From positions 12,163 to 76,162 of the forward strand of contig WOYY01000070.1 in NCBI GenBank assembly GCA_011620555.1: 64,000 nucleotides of DNA. The letters run 5' to 3'. The DNA comes from Anaerolineaceae bacterium (GTDB lineage Bacteria > Chloroflexota > Anaerolineae > Anaerolineales > Anaerolineaceae). Below the pieces are notes generated by a model. It saw nothing but the letters and a program-made list of their open reading frames with translations. It did no database searches and was not told where the DNA came from. The position numbers were made by a program, and so were the translations under genes. This document shows positions 45,127 to 54,345 of the stretch, one piece after another. Position 1 is the stretch's first letter; each line of letters opens with the position of its first letter.

Positions 45127-45822
45127 TTGGCAGAGAACCAACACGAACAATCCCCCAAGGAAAAGAACGCCCAAGCCTCGCAAAATAAATGGGAGCATAT
45201 TTCCAAGGATCCCAAAGAGGGCGGCGTGATCCTGGGCAATTCCTGGCAGCCGCTGGCTGAAATCTCTCACCCTGAAGAGGATCTGGTCAGCATCTTTCAG
45301 GAGGGTTTCGATTCGGCTGAAAAGAACGCTTCCACCCGTGAATTGGGGATGCCGCCGACATCCACCTTTCAGTCCCAGGTGGATACCCAGCCAGTGCGGC
45401 TGACCTCCGCGCTGGAGAACTGGACCGTCGGCCCGGAAATCCCGGTGGCCGCGAATATCACTTTTTACCTTGCCCCTTGCCAGACCAAACATTTCCTGAT
45501 CGGCGGGCTGTCCCGCAATTTGCGGGAGTGGCTGCCCGAAATTTGCAAGACCTATGGCTGGGAACTGGACCTGCTCTCAGTCCGGCCGGATTACCTCAAA
45601 TGGACCCTGCGGGACTTCCCTGAGTTGCTGATCCGGGATATGCTCCTGACCGTGCGGGAGAAGACGTCCCAGCGGATCTTCCGGACTTTCCCGAACCTCA
45701 AAGAAGGCGCCACTTCACCCGACTTTTGGGCGCCCGGATATCTGGTGGATAACCAAAATCGGGATTTCTCCACCCAGGCTCTGATGGCCCATGTTGCTCA
45801 GAATCGTCTGGGAAATGGGTAA
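45127..45822 (+). CDS. IS200/IS605 TnpA (Y1)-like domain protein with N-terminal extension; HUH motif lost
   Basis: LREWLPEICKTYGWELDLLSVRPDYLKW...TSQRIFRTFP...FWAPGYLV follows the Y1 transposase pattern, but PDHVH is replaced by PDYLK. Confidence 0.7.
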   Translation: MAENQHEQSPKEKNAQASQNKWEHISKDPKEGGVILGNSWQPLAEISHPEEDLVSIFQEGFDSAEKNASTRELGMPPTSTFQSQVDTQPVRLTSALENWTVGPEIPVAANITFYLAPCQTKHFLIGGLSRNLREWLPEICKTYGWELDLLSVRPDYLKWTLRDFPELLIRDMLLTVREKTSQRIFRTFPNLKEGATSPDFWAPGYLVDNQNRDFSTQALMAHVAQNRLGNG

Positions 45823-45864
45823 GCATTTGGATTAACTCTTATGAAACACTTATATTAAAACCCC

Positions 45865-45893
45865 TTGTCAATGATTGGGTTTTATGCTATTAT
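45865..45893 (+). promoter_or_regulatory. Sigma70 promoter
   Basis: TTGTCA-17 bp-TATTAT. Confidence 0.7.
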
Positions 45894-46064
45894 TACATGG
45901 TCGAACGTCTGGGTGCCCCCCTCACCCAGGCGTTTGGCACTTTAAAGGCCAAAATTTTCAAACTTGTTGCTTGGGGAAAAGCAGGGGATTGACCCAACTG
46001 AAACATCAGAATTCCGATAAAATGGATAGGTTGGATTAATTTTGAAACTCTAGCGGAGTGAGCC

Positions 46065-46697
46065 TTGACCACGTTCGAAATTCGCCAATGCACAGACCCG
46101 GCCTGCCGGCTGCGGATCCCCCTGGACCCGGAAGTGTTCAGCGGGGCCTATTGCCCACGCTGCGGCGCGCCGCTGGCCCTTGTGGAGGCGGCCTACCAAA
46201 ACCCGGATTGCTCCGCGCAAGCCGCCCCGCGGATCCCGCTTTCGGCGCTGCTGGATAATATCCGCTCCGCCTATAACGTCGGCGCGATCTTCCGCACCGG
46301 TGATGGCGTTGGACTGCGGCATCTTTATCTCTGCGGCTTCACGCCCAGCCCGGATGAGAACCCGGCCATTGCCAAGACGGCCCTCGGCGCGGAGAAGCAC
46401 CTGACCTGGTCGCAGCACCGCAACAGCCTGGACCTGGCGGACCAGCTTAAGGATGACGGCCATCCGTTGATCGCTTTGGAATGCACAGCCAAAGCCACTC
46501 CAATTTACCGCTTCAGGGCGGAAGCGCCAGACCCTGGTTCCTGGGTGCTGGTGGTGGGCAATGAGCAGGCCGGGGTGGACCCAGGCCTGCTGGCGCGCTG
46601 CGACCAGGTGCTCAGTTTGCCCATGACCGGCCAGAAGAATTCGCTGAATGTGGCGGCCGCCTTTGCCGCGGCGGCCTACTGGCTGTCTTTTGCCTGA
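46065..46697 (+). CDS. TrmH/SpoU family RNA methyltransferase with N-terminal zinc ribbon
   Basis: LDNIRSAYNVGAIFRT, VGNEQAGV, SLNVAAA; C-x4-C...CPRC N-terminus. Confidence 0.9.
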   Translation: MTTFEIRQCTDPACRLRIPLDPEVFSGAYCPRCGAPLALVEAAYQNPDCSAQAAPRIPLSALLDNIRSAYNVGAIFRTGDGVGLRHLYLCGFTPSPDENPAIAKTALGAEKHLTWSQHRNSLDLADQLKDDGHPLIALECTAKATPIYRFRAEAPDPGSWVLVVGNEQAGVDPGLLARCDQVLSLPMTGQKNSLNVAAAFAAAAYWLSFA

Positions 46698-46746
46698 CCC
46701 CCGCAGGAGTTCCTGGGGGCAGAACAAAAATTTGGAAGATAAGTTG

Positions 46747-47691
46747 ATGATTGAAACCAATGGATTAACCAAAATATTTGACGTTAAAAAGAGCCCGGAT
46801 ATCACCGCGGTGCAGGACCTGACCCTCTTCATCCCGGAAGGGGAAGTCTTTGGCTTTTTGGGGCCGAATGGCGCCGGGAAGACCACGACTATTCGGATGC
46901 TGACCAGCCTGATCGCCCCGACCGCGGGCACAGCCCGAGTCAATGGCTATCAGCTGGGGGTGGATGACACGGAGATCCGCCGGTCAATTGGGGTCCTCAC
47001 GGAAAGCCCGGGCCTCTATGAGCGCTTGAGCGCCTTCCGCAATCTTTCCATCTTTGCCGAACTCTACGATGTGGCGGATGTGGACGGGCAGGTCTCGAAA
47101 TACCTGCACATGCTGGGGCTATGGTCCCGGCGGGATGAGCCTGCGGGCAGTTTTTCCAAGGGTATGCGCCAGAAACTGGCGATCGCCCGCGCCCTGCTGC
47201 ATGAGCCGAAAGTCCTCTTTTTGGATGAGCCGACCAGCGGCCTGGACCCTGAGGCGGCCCGCCTGGTGCGCAGTTTCATTGAAGAACTGCGAGGGGAAGG
47301 CCGAACGATTTTTCTTTGCACGCATAACCTGACCGAAGCGGACCGGCTCTGCGATCGGATCGGGATCTTCAAATCCCGCCTGATTGAGATTGACACGCCC
47401 GAAAACCTGCGGGAAAAGTTCTACGGCCGCCGGGTGGTCTTCCACCTGCGCCAGCTGGATCCTGCCTGGGCGGACCAGGTCAGCGGCATCGCCGGCGTGA
47501 AGGATGTGCAGACTGTGGACCAGAAGCTGGTGGTCGGGATGGAAGACCCCGAAGCTCTGAACCCTCAGATTGTCCGGCTCCTGGTGCAGGCCGGCGCGGA
47601 TATTGAATTTGTCGGTGAACTGCGCCATTCATTGGAAGAGATTTACATTCAAACCATGCAGGAATCTGAGGAAGAGGAGGCGGCAGCATGA
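46747..47691 (+). CDS. ABC-2 type transporter ATP-binding protein
   Basis: GPNGAGKTT, FSKGMRQK, FLDEPTSGLD; start at MIETN. Confidence 0.92.
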   Translation: MIETNGLTKIFDVKKSPDITAVQDLTLFIPEGEVFGFLGPNGAGKTTTIRMLTSLIAPTAGTARVNGYQLGVDDTEIRRSIGVLTESPGLYERLSAFRNLSIFAELYDVADVDGQVSKYLHMLGLWSRRDEPAGSFSKGMRQKLAIARALLHEPKVLFLDEPTSGLDPEAARLVRSFIEELRGEGRTIFLCTHNLTEADRLCDRIGIFKSRLIEIDTPENLREKFYGRRVVFHLRQLDPAWADQVSGIAGVKDVQTVDQKLVVGMEDPEALNPQIVRLLVQAGADIEFVGELRHSLEEIYIQTMQESEEEEAAA

Positions 47692-48488
47692 AACATATCA
47701 AGACAATCGTTTTAAAAGAATGGTCCGAAGTTTTTAAAAACCGTCTCGTGCTGTTCACCCTGATCTTCATGCCGCTGATCTTCACGATCATGCCGCTGGC
47801 CATGCTCTATTTCACCGGCGATGGGATGGCGGGAAATATGGGCGCTGTGCAGTCCGCCGATGTCCCCGTCGAATTTCTGTCGGCCTGCTCGCCGGAGATG
47901 AGCGCCGGTGACTGCATGCAGATCTATGTGATGAATCAGTTCCTGCTGATCTTTATGATGATGCCCGTGATCATCCCGGTGACAATTGCGGCTTACAGCA
48001 TCGTGGGTGAGAAGGCCACGCACAGCCTGGAACCCCTCTTGGCGACGCCGATCTCCACCACGGAGCTGTTGGCCGGCAAGAGTTTGGCTGCCGGACTGCC
48101 TGCAATCCTGATCGGGTGGACGTCTTTTGGCATCTTTCTGCTCGGGCTGCCGATCCTCGGCGTCAGCAGGGCCGTGATCGATTACATCACCGGGCCAACC
48201 TGGCTGCTGGCGATCCTGGTGGCCGGGCCGCTGATGGCGATCGCCTCCGTCAATTTTGCGCTCTTCGTCTCCTCCCGGGTCAATGCCCCGCGGGTGGCGG
48301 AGCAGATCTCCAGCGTGATGATCGTGCCGATCCTCGGGCTGCTCTTTGCCCAGCTGGCCGGGATCATCGTGATCAACGTGCTGACCATGCTGAGTTTCAT
48401 CGGCGGGATGGCTTTATTGGATGTGGGATTGATTTATCTGGGTGCCTCGATCTTCCAACGTGAGAAGATCCTCACCCGCTGGAAATGA
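47688..48488 (+). CDS. ABC-2 type permease
   Basis: IVLKEWSE, SIVGEKATHSLEPLLATP, six TM helices. Confidence 0.88.
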   Translation: MKHIKTIVLKEWSEVFKNRLVLFTLIFMPLIFTIMPLAMLYFTGDGMAGNMGAVQSADVPVEFLSACSPEMSAGDCMQIYVMNQFLLIFMMMPVIIPVTIAAYSIVGEKATHSLEPLLATPISTTELLAGKSLAAGLPAILIGWTSFGIFLLGLPILGVSRAVIDYITGPTWLLAILVAGPLMAIASVNFALFVSSRVNAPRVAEQISSVMIVPILGLLFAQLAGIIVINVLTMLSFIGGMALLDVGLIYLGASIFQREKILTRWK

Positions 48489-48501
48489 CGAGGTTGGATT
48501 G

Positions 48502-49281
48502 ATGAAAAATGCTTATAAATTCCTATTGGCTCTGATGCTGGTCCTGATCTTGCTGGGCGGCGCGGTTTTGCCCGTCCAGGCGCAAAGTGAGGGCTACGGC
48601 ATCCACCTGACCCGCAATTTTGGTTATGGCGGCGGCGTTAATATCCGCGGGACCTTCACCATCAGCCTGGTGGGAGATGAGGCCCAGGTAGAAAAGGTGA
48701 ATTTCCTGATCGACGGCAGTTCACTGGCCGTGGTGGAAGAGGCGCCTTTCAGCTACCAGTTCCACACGGATGACTACGGCTTGGGGATGCACCTGCTGAC
48801 GGCTGAATATACCCTGACGGATGGCACGACCACGCTGACGCCGTCCCTGCAATACAACTTTGTCAGCCCGGAAGAGGAGCGGAGCCAGGTAACCTCCATT
48901 TTCCTATGGATTGGCGGGGCCGTGGTGGTCACCCTGCTGATCGTCGGCGTGATCCAGGGTGCAATGCTCAAAGGCAAGCGCCAGGCTCATGGGGTCGGTG
49001 AACCGCGCAATTACGGGATGTTGGGCGGCACGGTTTGCCCCAAGTGCGGGCGGCCGTTCCCCCGCCATCTCTGGGGCATAAAGCTGGTGGTGGGCCGGCT
49101 GGACCGCTGTGACAACTGCGGCAAGTGGTCAATGACCCACCCGGCCTCGGCGGCGGAGCTGGCGGCGGCGGAAGCCGCTGAGCAGCAGGATATCCAGGAT
49201 GACCAGCACGGGGGCAAAGTGAAGCCCGCGCCTGAGAAAAAGGACAACCTGGACGATTCCCGCTACATGGACGATATCTAG
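48502..49281 (+). CDS. Membrane protein with Ig-like ectodomain and cytoplasmic zinc ribbon
   Basis: Signal peptide, KVNFLIDG...EAPFSYQF, TM helix, CPKC...CDNC. Confidence 0.7.
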   Translation: MKNAYKFLLALMLVLILLGGAVLPVQAQSEGYGIHLTRNFGYGGGVNIRGTFTISLVGDEAQVEKVNFLIDGSSLAVVEEAPFSYQFHTDDYGLGMHLLTAEYTLTDGTTTLTPSLQYNFVSPEEERSQVTSIFLWIGGAVVVTLLIVGVIQGAMLKGKRQAHGVGEPRNYGMLGGTVCPKCGRPFPRHLWGIKLVVGRLDRCDNCGKWSMTHPASAAELAAAEAAEQQDIQDDQHGGKVKPAPEKKDNLDDSRYMDDI

Positions 49282-49403
49282 TTCCTTTCATCTAAATCGT
49301 AGGGTTTTCAATGCCACTTTTCAGTCCGGGAAGGTGGCATTCTTCATTGTTAAACGACCCCCTGCGTGGTAGAATCCGGATGTATTCAACTAGTGGAGGT
49401 GCT

Positions 49404-50291
49404 ATGGAACAACAGGTCGCAACATTTAACGTCAAAAAAGGGCTGGCCCAAATGTTAAAAGGCGGCGTGATCATGGATGTGGTCACAGTCGATCATGCAA
49501 AGATCGCTGAAGATGCTGGCGCGGTGGCTGTGATGGCCCTCGAACGCGTCCCGGCGGATATCCGCGCGGATGGGGGCGTTGCCCGGATGAGCGACCCTGA
49601 ATTGATTATGAAGATCATGGAATCGGTATCCATCCCTGTGATGGCCAAATGCCGGATCGGACATTTCGTCGAGGCCCAGATCCTCGAAGCGATCGGTGTG
49701 GACTACATTGACGAATCCGAAGTCCTGACCCCGGCCGATGAATCCCACCATATTTTCAAGCATGATTTCAAGGTGCCTTTTGTCTGCGGCTGCCGCAACC
49801 TGGGCGAGGCTCTGCGTCGGATCGGCGAAGGCGCGGCGATGATCCGCACCAAGGGCGAAGCCGGCACCGGTGATGTGGTCGAGGCTGTCCGCCACGCCCG
49901 TACCGTGCTCGGTGAGATCCGCAAACTGCAGAACATGCCCGAAGACGAACTGATGACCTTTGCCAAGGAAATCGGCGCGCCCTATGCGCTGGTGAAGGAA
50001 ACCCGTGAGCTGGGCCGCATGCCGGTGGTCAATTTCGCCGCGGGCGGCATTGCCACACCCGCCGATGCTGCGCTGATGATGCAGCTGGGCGTGGATGGCG
50101 TGTTTGTCGGTTCCGGCATTTTCAAATCCGGCGATCCCGCCAAGCGGGCGAATGCGATCGTCAAGGCCACCACCCATTACAACGACCCCGCCATCCTGGC
50201 CGAGGTCAGCCGCAACCTGGGTGAGCCGATGGTCGGCCGCCAGATTTCAAGCATCCCGGAAGGTGAGCTGATCGCCCAACGCGGTTGGTAA
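49404..50291 (+). CDS. pdxS: Pyridoxal 5'-phosphate synthase lyase subunit
   Basis: [39 protein letters not shown]; GGAGG RBS. Confidence 0.98.
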   Translation: MEQQVATFNVKKGLAQMLKGGVIMDVVTVDHAKIAEDAGAVAVMALERVPADIRADGGVARMSDPELIMKIMESVSIPVMAKCRIGHFVEAQILEAIGVDYIDESEVLTPADESHHIFKHDFKVPFVCGCRNLGEALRRIGEGAAMIRTKGEAGTGDVVEAVRHARTVLGEIRKLQNMPEDELMTFAKEIGAPYALVKETRELGRMPVVNFAAGGIATPADAALMMQLGVDGVFVGSGIFKSGDPAKRANAIVKATTHYNDPAILAEVSRNLGEPMVGRQISSIPEGELIAQRGW

Positions 50292-50301
50292 GCAACACCT
50301 T

Positions 50302-50874
50302 ATGGAAATTGGCGTTCTCGCCTTACAGGGCGATTTCATTGAACACTACAAGGTCCTCCAGTCCCTGGGTGTGGCTGCGCGCATTGTCAAGCTGCCTGCC
50401 CAGCTGGAAGGCTTGGATGGGCTGATCATCCCCGGAGGCGAATCCACCACCATTGGGAAACTGGCCGTGGCCTATGACCTGATGGGGCCTTTGCGGGAAT
50501 TTGGCCGCCAGAAGGCGATCTGGGGCACCTGCGCGGGGGCGATTTTCCTCTCAAAGGATGCCCAGCGCGACCAGCCGCTCTTGAACCTGATGGAAATTGA
50601 GGTGGAGCGGAACGCCTTTGGCCGCCAGGTGGATAGCTTTGAAATTGATCTCTCCGTCCCGTTCCTGGAAGATGGCGGGGATGTTCCCTATCACGCCGTA
50701 TTCATCCGGGCGCCGATCATCAGCAGGGTTTTTGGTCAGGCGGAAGTCCTGCTTGACCTGCCGGATGGGCGGATCGTTGCCGCCCAGCAGGGCAAGCTCC
50801 TGGCAACCTCCTTCCATCCTGAATTGACCTCGGACGCCCGGTTCCACCAATATTTTCTGGAGTTAGCAGCATAG
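50302..50874 (+). CDS. pdxT: PLP synthase glutaminase subunit
   Basis: GVLALQGDF, PGGESTT, GTCAG, SFHPE. Confidence 0.98.
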   Translation: MEIGVLALQGDFIEHYKVLQSLGVAARIVKLPAQLEGLDGLIIPGGESTTIGKLAVAYDLMGPLREFGRQKAIWGTCAGAIFLSKDAQRDQPLLNLMEIEVERNAFGRQVDSFEIDLSVPFLEDGGDVPYHAVFIRAPIISRVFGQAEVLLDLPDGRIVAAQQGKLLATSFHPELTSDARFHQYFLELAA

Positions 50875-51818
50875 CCATCCGTCCGATCTACTGGCATGAT
50901 TGGCCCTATATTCACCGTCACCGCCGCCAAGTCCAAAGTCTGGATAACATCCAGTCCTTGACCCGCGGCCTTCCACTTTCCTGGTTCAGCATCCTGTCAT
51001 CCTTCCGCCCGACCGAAGAGGTCTTCACGGGCGTCTATGTGGATGCCGATGGCAACCGGGGGCCAATGGGGCAGGTTCATCAGTCGCCCCAGATTCCCTC
51101 CGCCCAGCTGCAATTTGTCATCGTGGATGAGTCCCAACTGGGCGATCTGACAGTGCTGATCGAAGGGCTTTGCAAGGAAGCGGGGGGCTGGGGCGCAAAA
51201 CAGGTGATCGCCGAGCTGGCTCCGGAATCGCCGCTCTACCCAGCGGTGCGTCAGGCGGGTTTCCGGGTCTTTGGCAAGCAGCGGATTTATCGCTTCCCGG
51301 ATGGCTTGGCCTTGAAACCCACGGATGAAGGGAAATGGCGAATCTGGAACAGCCAGGACATCCCGGCGATGCGGGTGCTCTACCAGGCGCTCGTGCCGCC
51401 CCTGACCCAGCTGGTGGAACCCCTGACCCGCCTGGAAATGCTGGGCCTGGTCTTCTATGACGGGCAAGGCGGATTGCAGGCCTTCGCCGACCTGGTTTAC
51501 GGGCCGATCGGGATCTGGGTAATCCCATTCCTTCACCCCCAGAGCGTCGTTGATATCCCGGGAATGCTGGCGCAGATGGTCCTGAACCTGCCGGACCGCA
51601 ACAAGCGGCCGGTGTATGTGACTGCCCGTTCCTACCAGCCCTGGGTGGAAAACGCTTTGGAAATCTTGGGCGCCGACCCGGGACCGGAAGAGGCGCTGCT
51701 GGTCAAATATCTGGCCTACCGTCAGCCGGTCATTGCGGACCTGGCCTTCGGCTCACTGGAAAAAGGGACAGCCAGCCCCCATCTGCCGGTTGCGCCGATC
51801 CGCAACAATGGCAAATAA
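50871..51818 (+). CDS. Hypothetical protein (possibly GNAT-like); start uncertain, ATA at 50871 or TTG at 50958
   Basis: Frame open from 50823; GGAG lies 8 nt before the ATA that overlaps the pdxT TAG. Confidence 0.65.
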   Translation: MAIRPIYWHDWPYIHRHRRQVQSLDNIQSLTRGLPLSWFSILSSFRPTEEVFTGVYVDADGNRGPMGQVHQSPQIPSAQLQFVIVDESQLGDLTVLIEGLCKEAGGWGAKQVIAELAPESPLYPAVRQAGFRVFGKQRIYRFPDGLALKPTDEGKWRIWNSQDIPAMRVLYQALVPPLTQLVEPLTRLEMLGLVFYDGQGGLQAFADLVYGPIGIWVIPFLHPQSVVDIPGMLAQMVLNLPDRNKRPVYVTARSYQPWVENALEILGADPGPEEALLVKYLAYRQPVIADLAFGSLEKGTASPHLPVAPIRNNGK

Positions 51819-52011
51819 CCTGTTAATCACCCCCAAACGACAGGGCAACCGCAAAGTATATGAATCTGAACCTTTTTTTGCTTCTAGAATATTATGATCG
51901 TAGCGGCGACCCTGCCTCAAACAAGATAGTGTTGAGATTTTTGATAAAAATCGGATAAAATACTTAATTGCGTTCAGCCTTTGAGGGCTTGAACAGATCT
52001 AAGGTCAGAAA

Positions 52012-53655
52012 TTGAAGAAATATATGCGAGAGCATCAAAAAATAACAGATGATTTGGATCTGCTGCTGGACGTCCTGCCGCAGCACATCTCTGACAAGGT
52101 GCGGGAACTGGACGACAGCGAGAACCTGCTTGAGATCGTGATGGACCTTGGGCGGCTGCCCAAGGCCCGCTTTGTGGAGCGCGAGGTTGCTCTCAGCGAT
52201 CGGGAGATCAGCTATGAGGATATCCAGTCAATCACGGCGGGCATCAGCGAATTTGACGCCGATAACCGCGCCGGGATCGAACGGACCCTGCACCGGATCT
52301 CGGCGATCCGCAACCGGCATAACGATGTGGTTGGGCTGACCTGCCGCATCGGCCGCGCGGTCTATGGCACCAGCGATATCATCCAGGACTTGATCGAATC
52401 CGGCGCGAGCATCCTGATCCTTGGGCGGCCGGGGGTGGGCAAGACCACCATCCTGCGGGAAGCCGCCCGGATCCTGGCGGATTCGGCGCGGGTGATCATT
52501 GTGGATACCAGCAACGAGATCGGCGGCGATGGCGATGTGCCCCACCCAGCGATTGGCGCGGCCCGCCGGATGCAGGTGGCCAAACCCTCACTGCAGCATG
52601 AGGTGATGATCGAGGCCGTGGAAAACCATAATCCCGAAGTGATTGTGATCGATGAGATCGGTCGTGAATTGGAGGCGCTGGCCGCCCGGACCATTGCCGA
52701 GCGCGGCGTTCAGCTGATTGGCACGGCCCACGGGAACACGCTGGAGAACCTGCTTTTGAACCCCACCCTGTCCGACCTGGTCGGCGGGATCGAATCGGTG
52801 ACTTTATCCGATGATGAGGCCCGGCGCCGCGGCACGCAGAAAACCGTGCTGGAACGCCGCGCCCCGGCGACCTTTGACATGCTGGTGGAGATCCAGGACC
52901 GGAACCGGTTCGCGATTCAAAAAAATGTCTCGGCCGCGGTGGACGCGCTTCTGCGGGGCTACCCCCTGCCGCCGGAAATCCGCTACCGCGATGAGGACAA
53001 CAAGATCCATATCCAGCGTCCCTCCGCACCACCGCCCGGCACGACTTCGCAGGCTTTGAGCCGCAACGGCAAAGGGGACACCGCCCCTTTCTCCCGCTCC
53101 AACAACGCGCAACGCCAATCCAGGAACGGGAATGGGGTGGAAAGCGGCAGCCAGGCGGCCCCCGCAGCGGCAGCGCCGGAGCCGGTCCGCAAACAGGTTT
53201 CCATTTATCCTTACGGCGTGGCGCGGAACCGTTTGTTGGATGCCGCCAAGCAGTTCAACGTTCCAGCCCGGATCGTGCACAGTCTGAAGGAAGCGGAGGT
53301 GCTGCTGACCCTGCGGCGGTATTACCGAGAGCGCCAGCAGCCGGTGGTCGAAGCCGAACAACTCGGCCTGCCGATTTTTGTCCTGCGTTCCAATACCAGC
53401 CAGCAGATCGAACAATTCCTGGTGGATTTGTTTGACCTTTCCACCGCCCCCAATTCCACTCCCCAGGAAGCTGCTGTTGTGGATCAGACCCAGGCCGCGA
53501 TTCAGGCGGTTTTGAATGGCGAGCGCTGGGTGGACTTGCGGCCGGCCTCTGCGACCATCCGCAGGCTGCAGCATGAGATGGCCCGTGAGGCGGAACTGGT
53601 TTCCCATTCCTATGGGAAGGAACCCAACCGCCACGTCAGAATATTTAGGGACTGA
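52012..53655 (+). CDS. AAA ATPase with C-terminal R3H domain (Ycf45/SpoIIIAA-like)
   Basis: GRPGVGKTT, VDTSNEIGGDG, VIDEIG, IRRLQHEMA..., SYGKEPNRHV. Confidence 0.9.
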   Translation: MKKYMREHQKITDDLDLLLDVLPQHISDKVRELDDSENLLEIVMDLGRLPKARFVEREVALSDREISYEDIQSITAGISEFDADNRAGIERTLHRISAIRNRHNDVVGLTCRIGRAVYGTSDIIQDLIESGASILILGRPGVGKTTILREAARILADSARVIIVDTSNEIGGDGDVPHPAIGAARRMQVAKPSLQHEVMIEAVENHNPEVIVIDEIGRELEALAARTIAERGVQLIGTAHGNTLENLLLNPTLSDLVGGIESVTLSDDEARRRGTQKTVLERRAPATFDMLVEIQDRNRFAIQKNVSAAVDALLRGYPLPPEIRYRDEDNKIHIQRPSAPPPGTTSQALSRNGKGDTAPFSRSNNAQRQSRNGNGVESGSQAAPAAAAPEPVRKQVSIYPYGVARNRLLDAAKQFNVPARIVHSLKEAEVLLTLRRYYRERQQPVVEAEQLGLPIFVLRSNTSQQIEQFLVDLFDLSTAPNSTPQEAAVVDQTQAAIQAVLNGERWVDLRPASATIRRLQHEMAREAELVSHSYGKEPNRHVRIFRD

Positions 53656-53657
53656 TT

Positions 53658-54278
53658 ATGTTTATCACCCTGGAAGGACCAGAAGGCAGCGGAAAGACAT
53701 CCCAAATCCCCGCGTTGAAGGCATTTATTTGCGAGAGGGGGTATGATGTATTGGTGACTCGGGAGCCTGGCGGGACCCGTGTGGGCGACCAGATCCGGGA
53801 AGTCCTGATGAACCTTAAGAATGTTTCGATCGTGCCGCGCACGGAAATCCTGCTTTTTCAGGCTGCCCGCGCCCAGCATGTCGAAGAAGTGATCCGTCCT
53901 GCTCTGGCCGCTGGCAAGGTTGTGATCTGCGACCGCTTTGGCGATTCCACCCTGGCCTATCAGGGTTATGGGCACCAAACCGACCTGGAAAAGCTGCGCT
54001 ATCTGGTGAACTATGCGACCGGCGGTTTGCAGCCGGACCTAACTTTGCTGCTGGATATCCCCGTGCGGGAGGGCCTGAAGCGCAAGGTGGCTAACGCTTC
54101 CGAATGGAACCGGTTGGACGCTTATGCCGAGGCCTTCCACTGCCGGGTCCGCGAAGGATATATAAAACTGGTGCAAGAAGAGCCTGAGCGTTGGAAGGTC
54201 ATTGATGCCACCCAGCCGATGCCGCAGGTGCAAGCCGCCATGCAGCAGGCTGTTCAGGACAGATTGCCTGTAAAATAA
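53658..54278 (+). CDS. tmk: Thymidylate kinase
   Basis: FITLEGPEGSGKT, TREPGG, CDRFGDSTLAYQG. Confidence 0.97.
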   Translation: MFITLEGPEGSGKTSQIPALKAFICERGYDVLVTREPGGTRVGDQIREVLMNLKNVSIVPRTEILLFQAARAQHVEEVIRPALAAGKVVICDRFGDSTLAYQGYGHQTDLEKLRYLVNYATGGLQPDLTLLLDIPVREGLKRKVANASEWNRLDAYAEAFHCRVREGYIKLVQEEPERWKVIDATQPMPQVQAAMQQAVQDRLPVK

Positions 54279-54345
54279 AATTGCTTCCACCGGTCTTAAG
54301 AAATCCCGTTGGAAAAATAAAAAATCTAAGATTGGGAAGGTGTTT

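Noticed and set aside
45127-45940. Active IS200/IS605 element
   Set aside because: HUH motif lost, no tnpB, no paired left and right end hairpins identified
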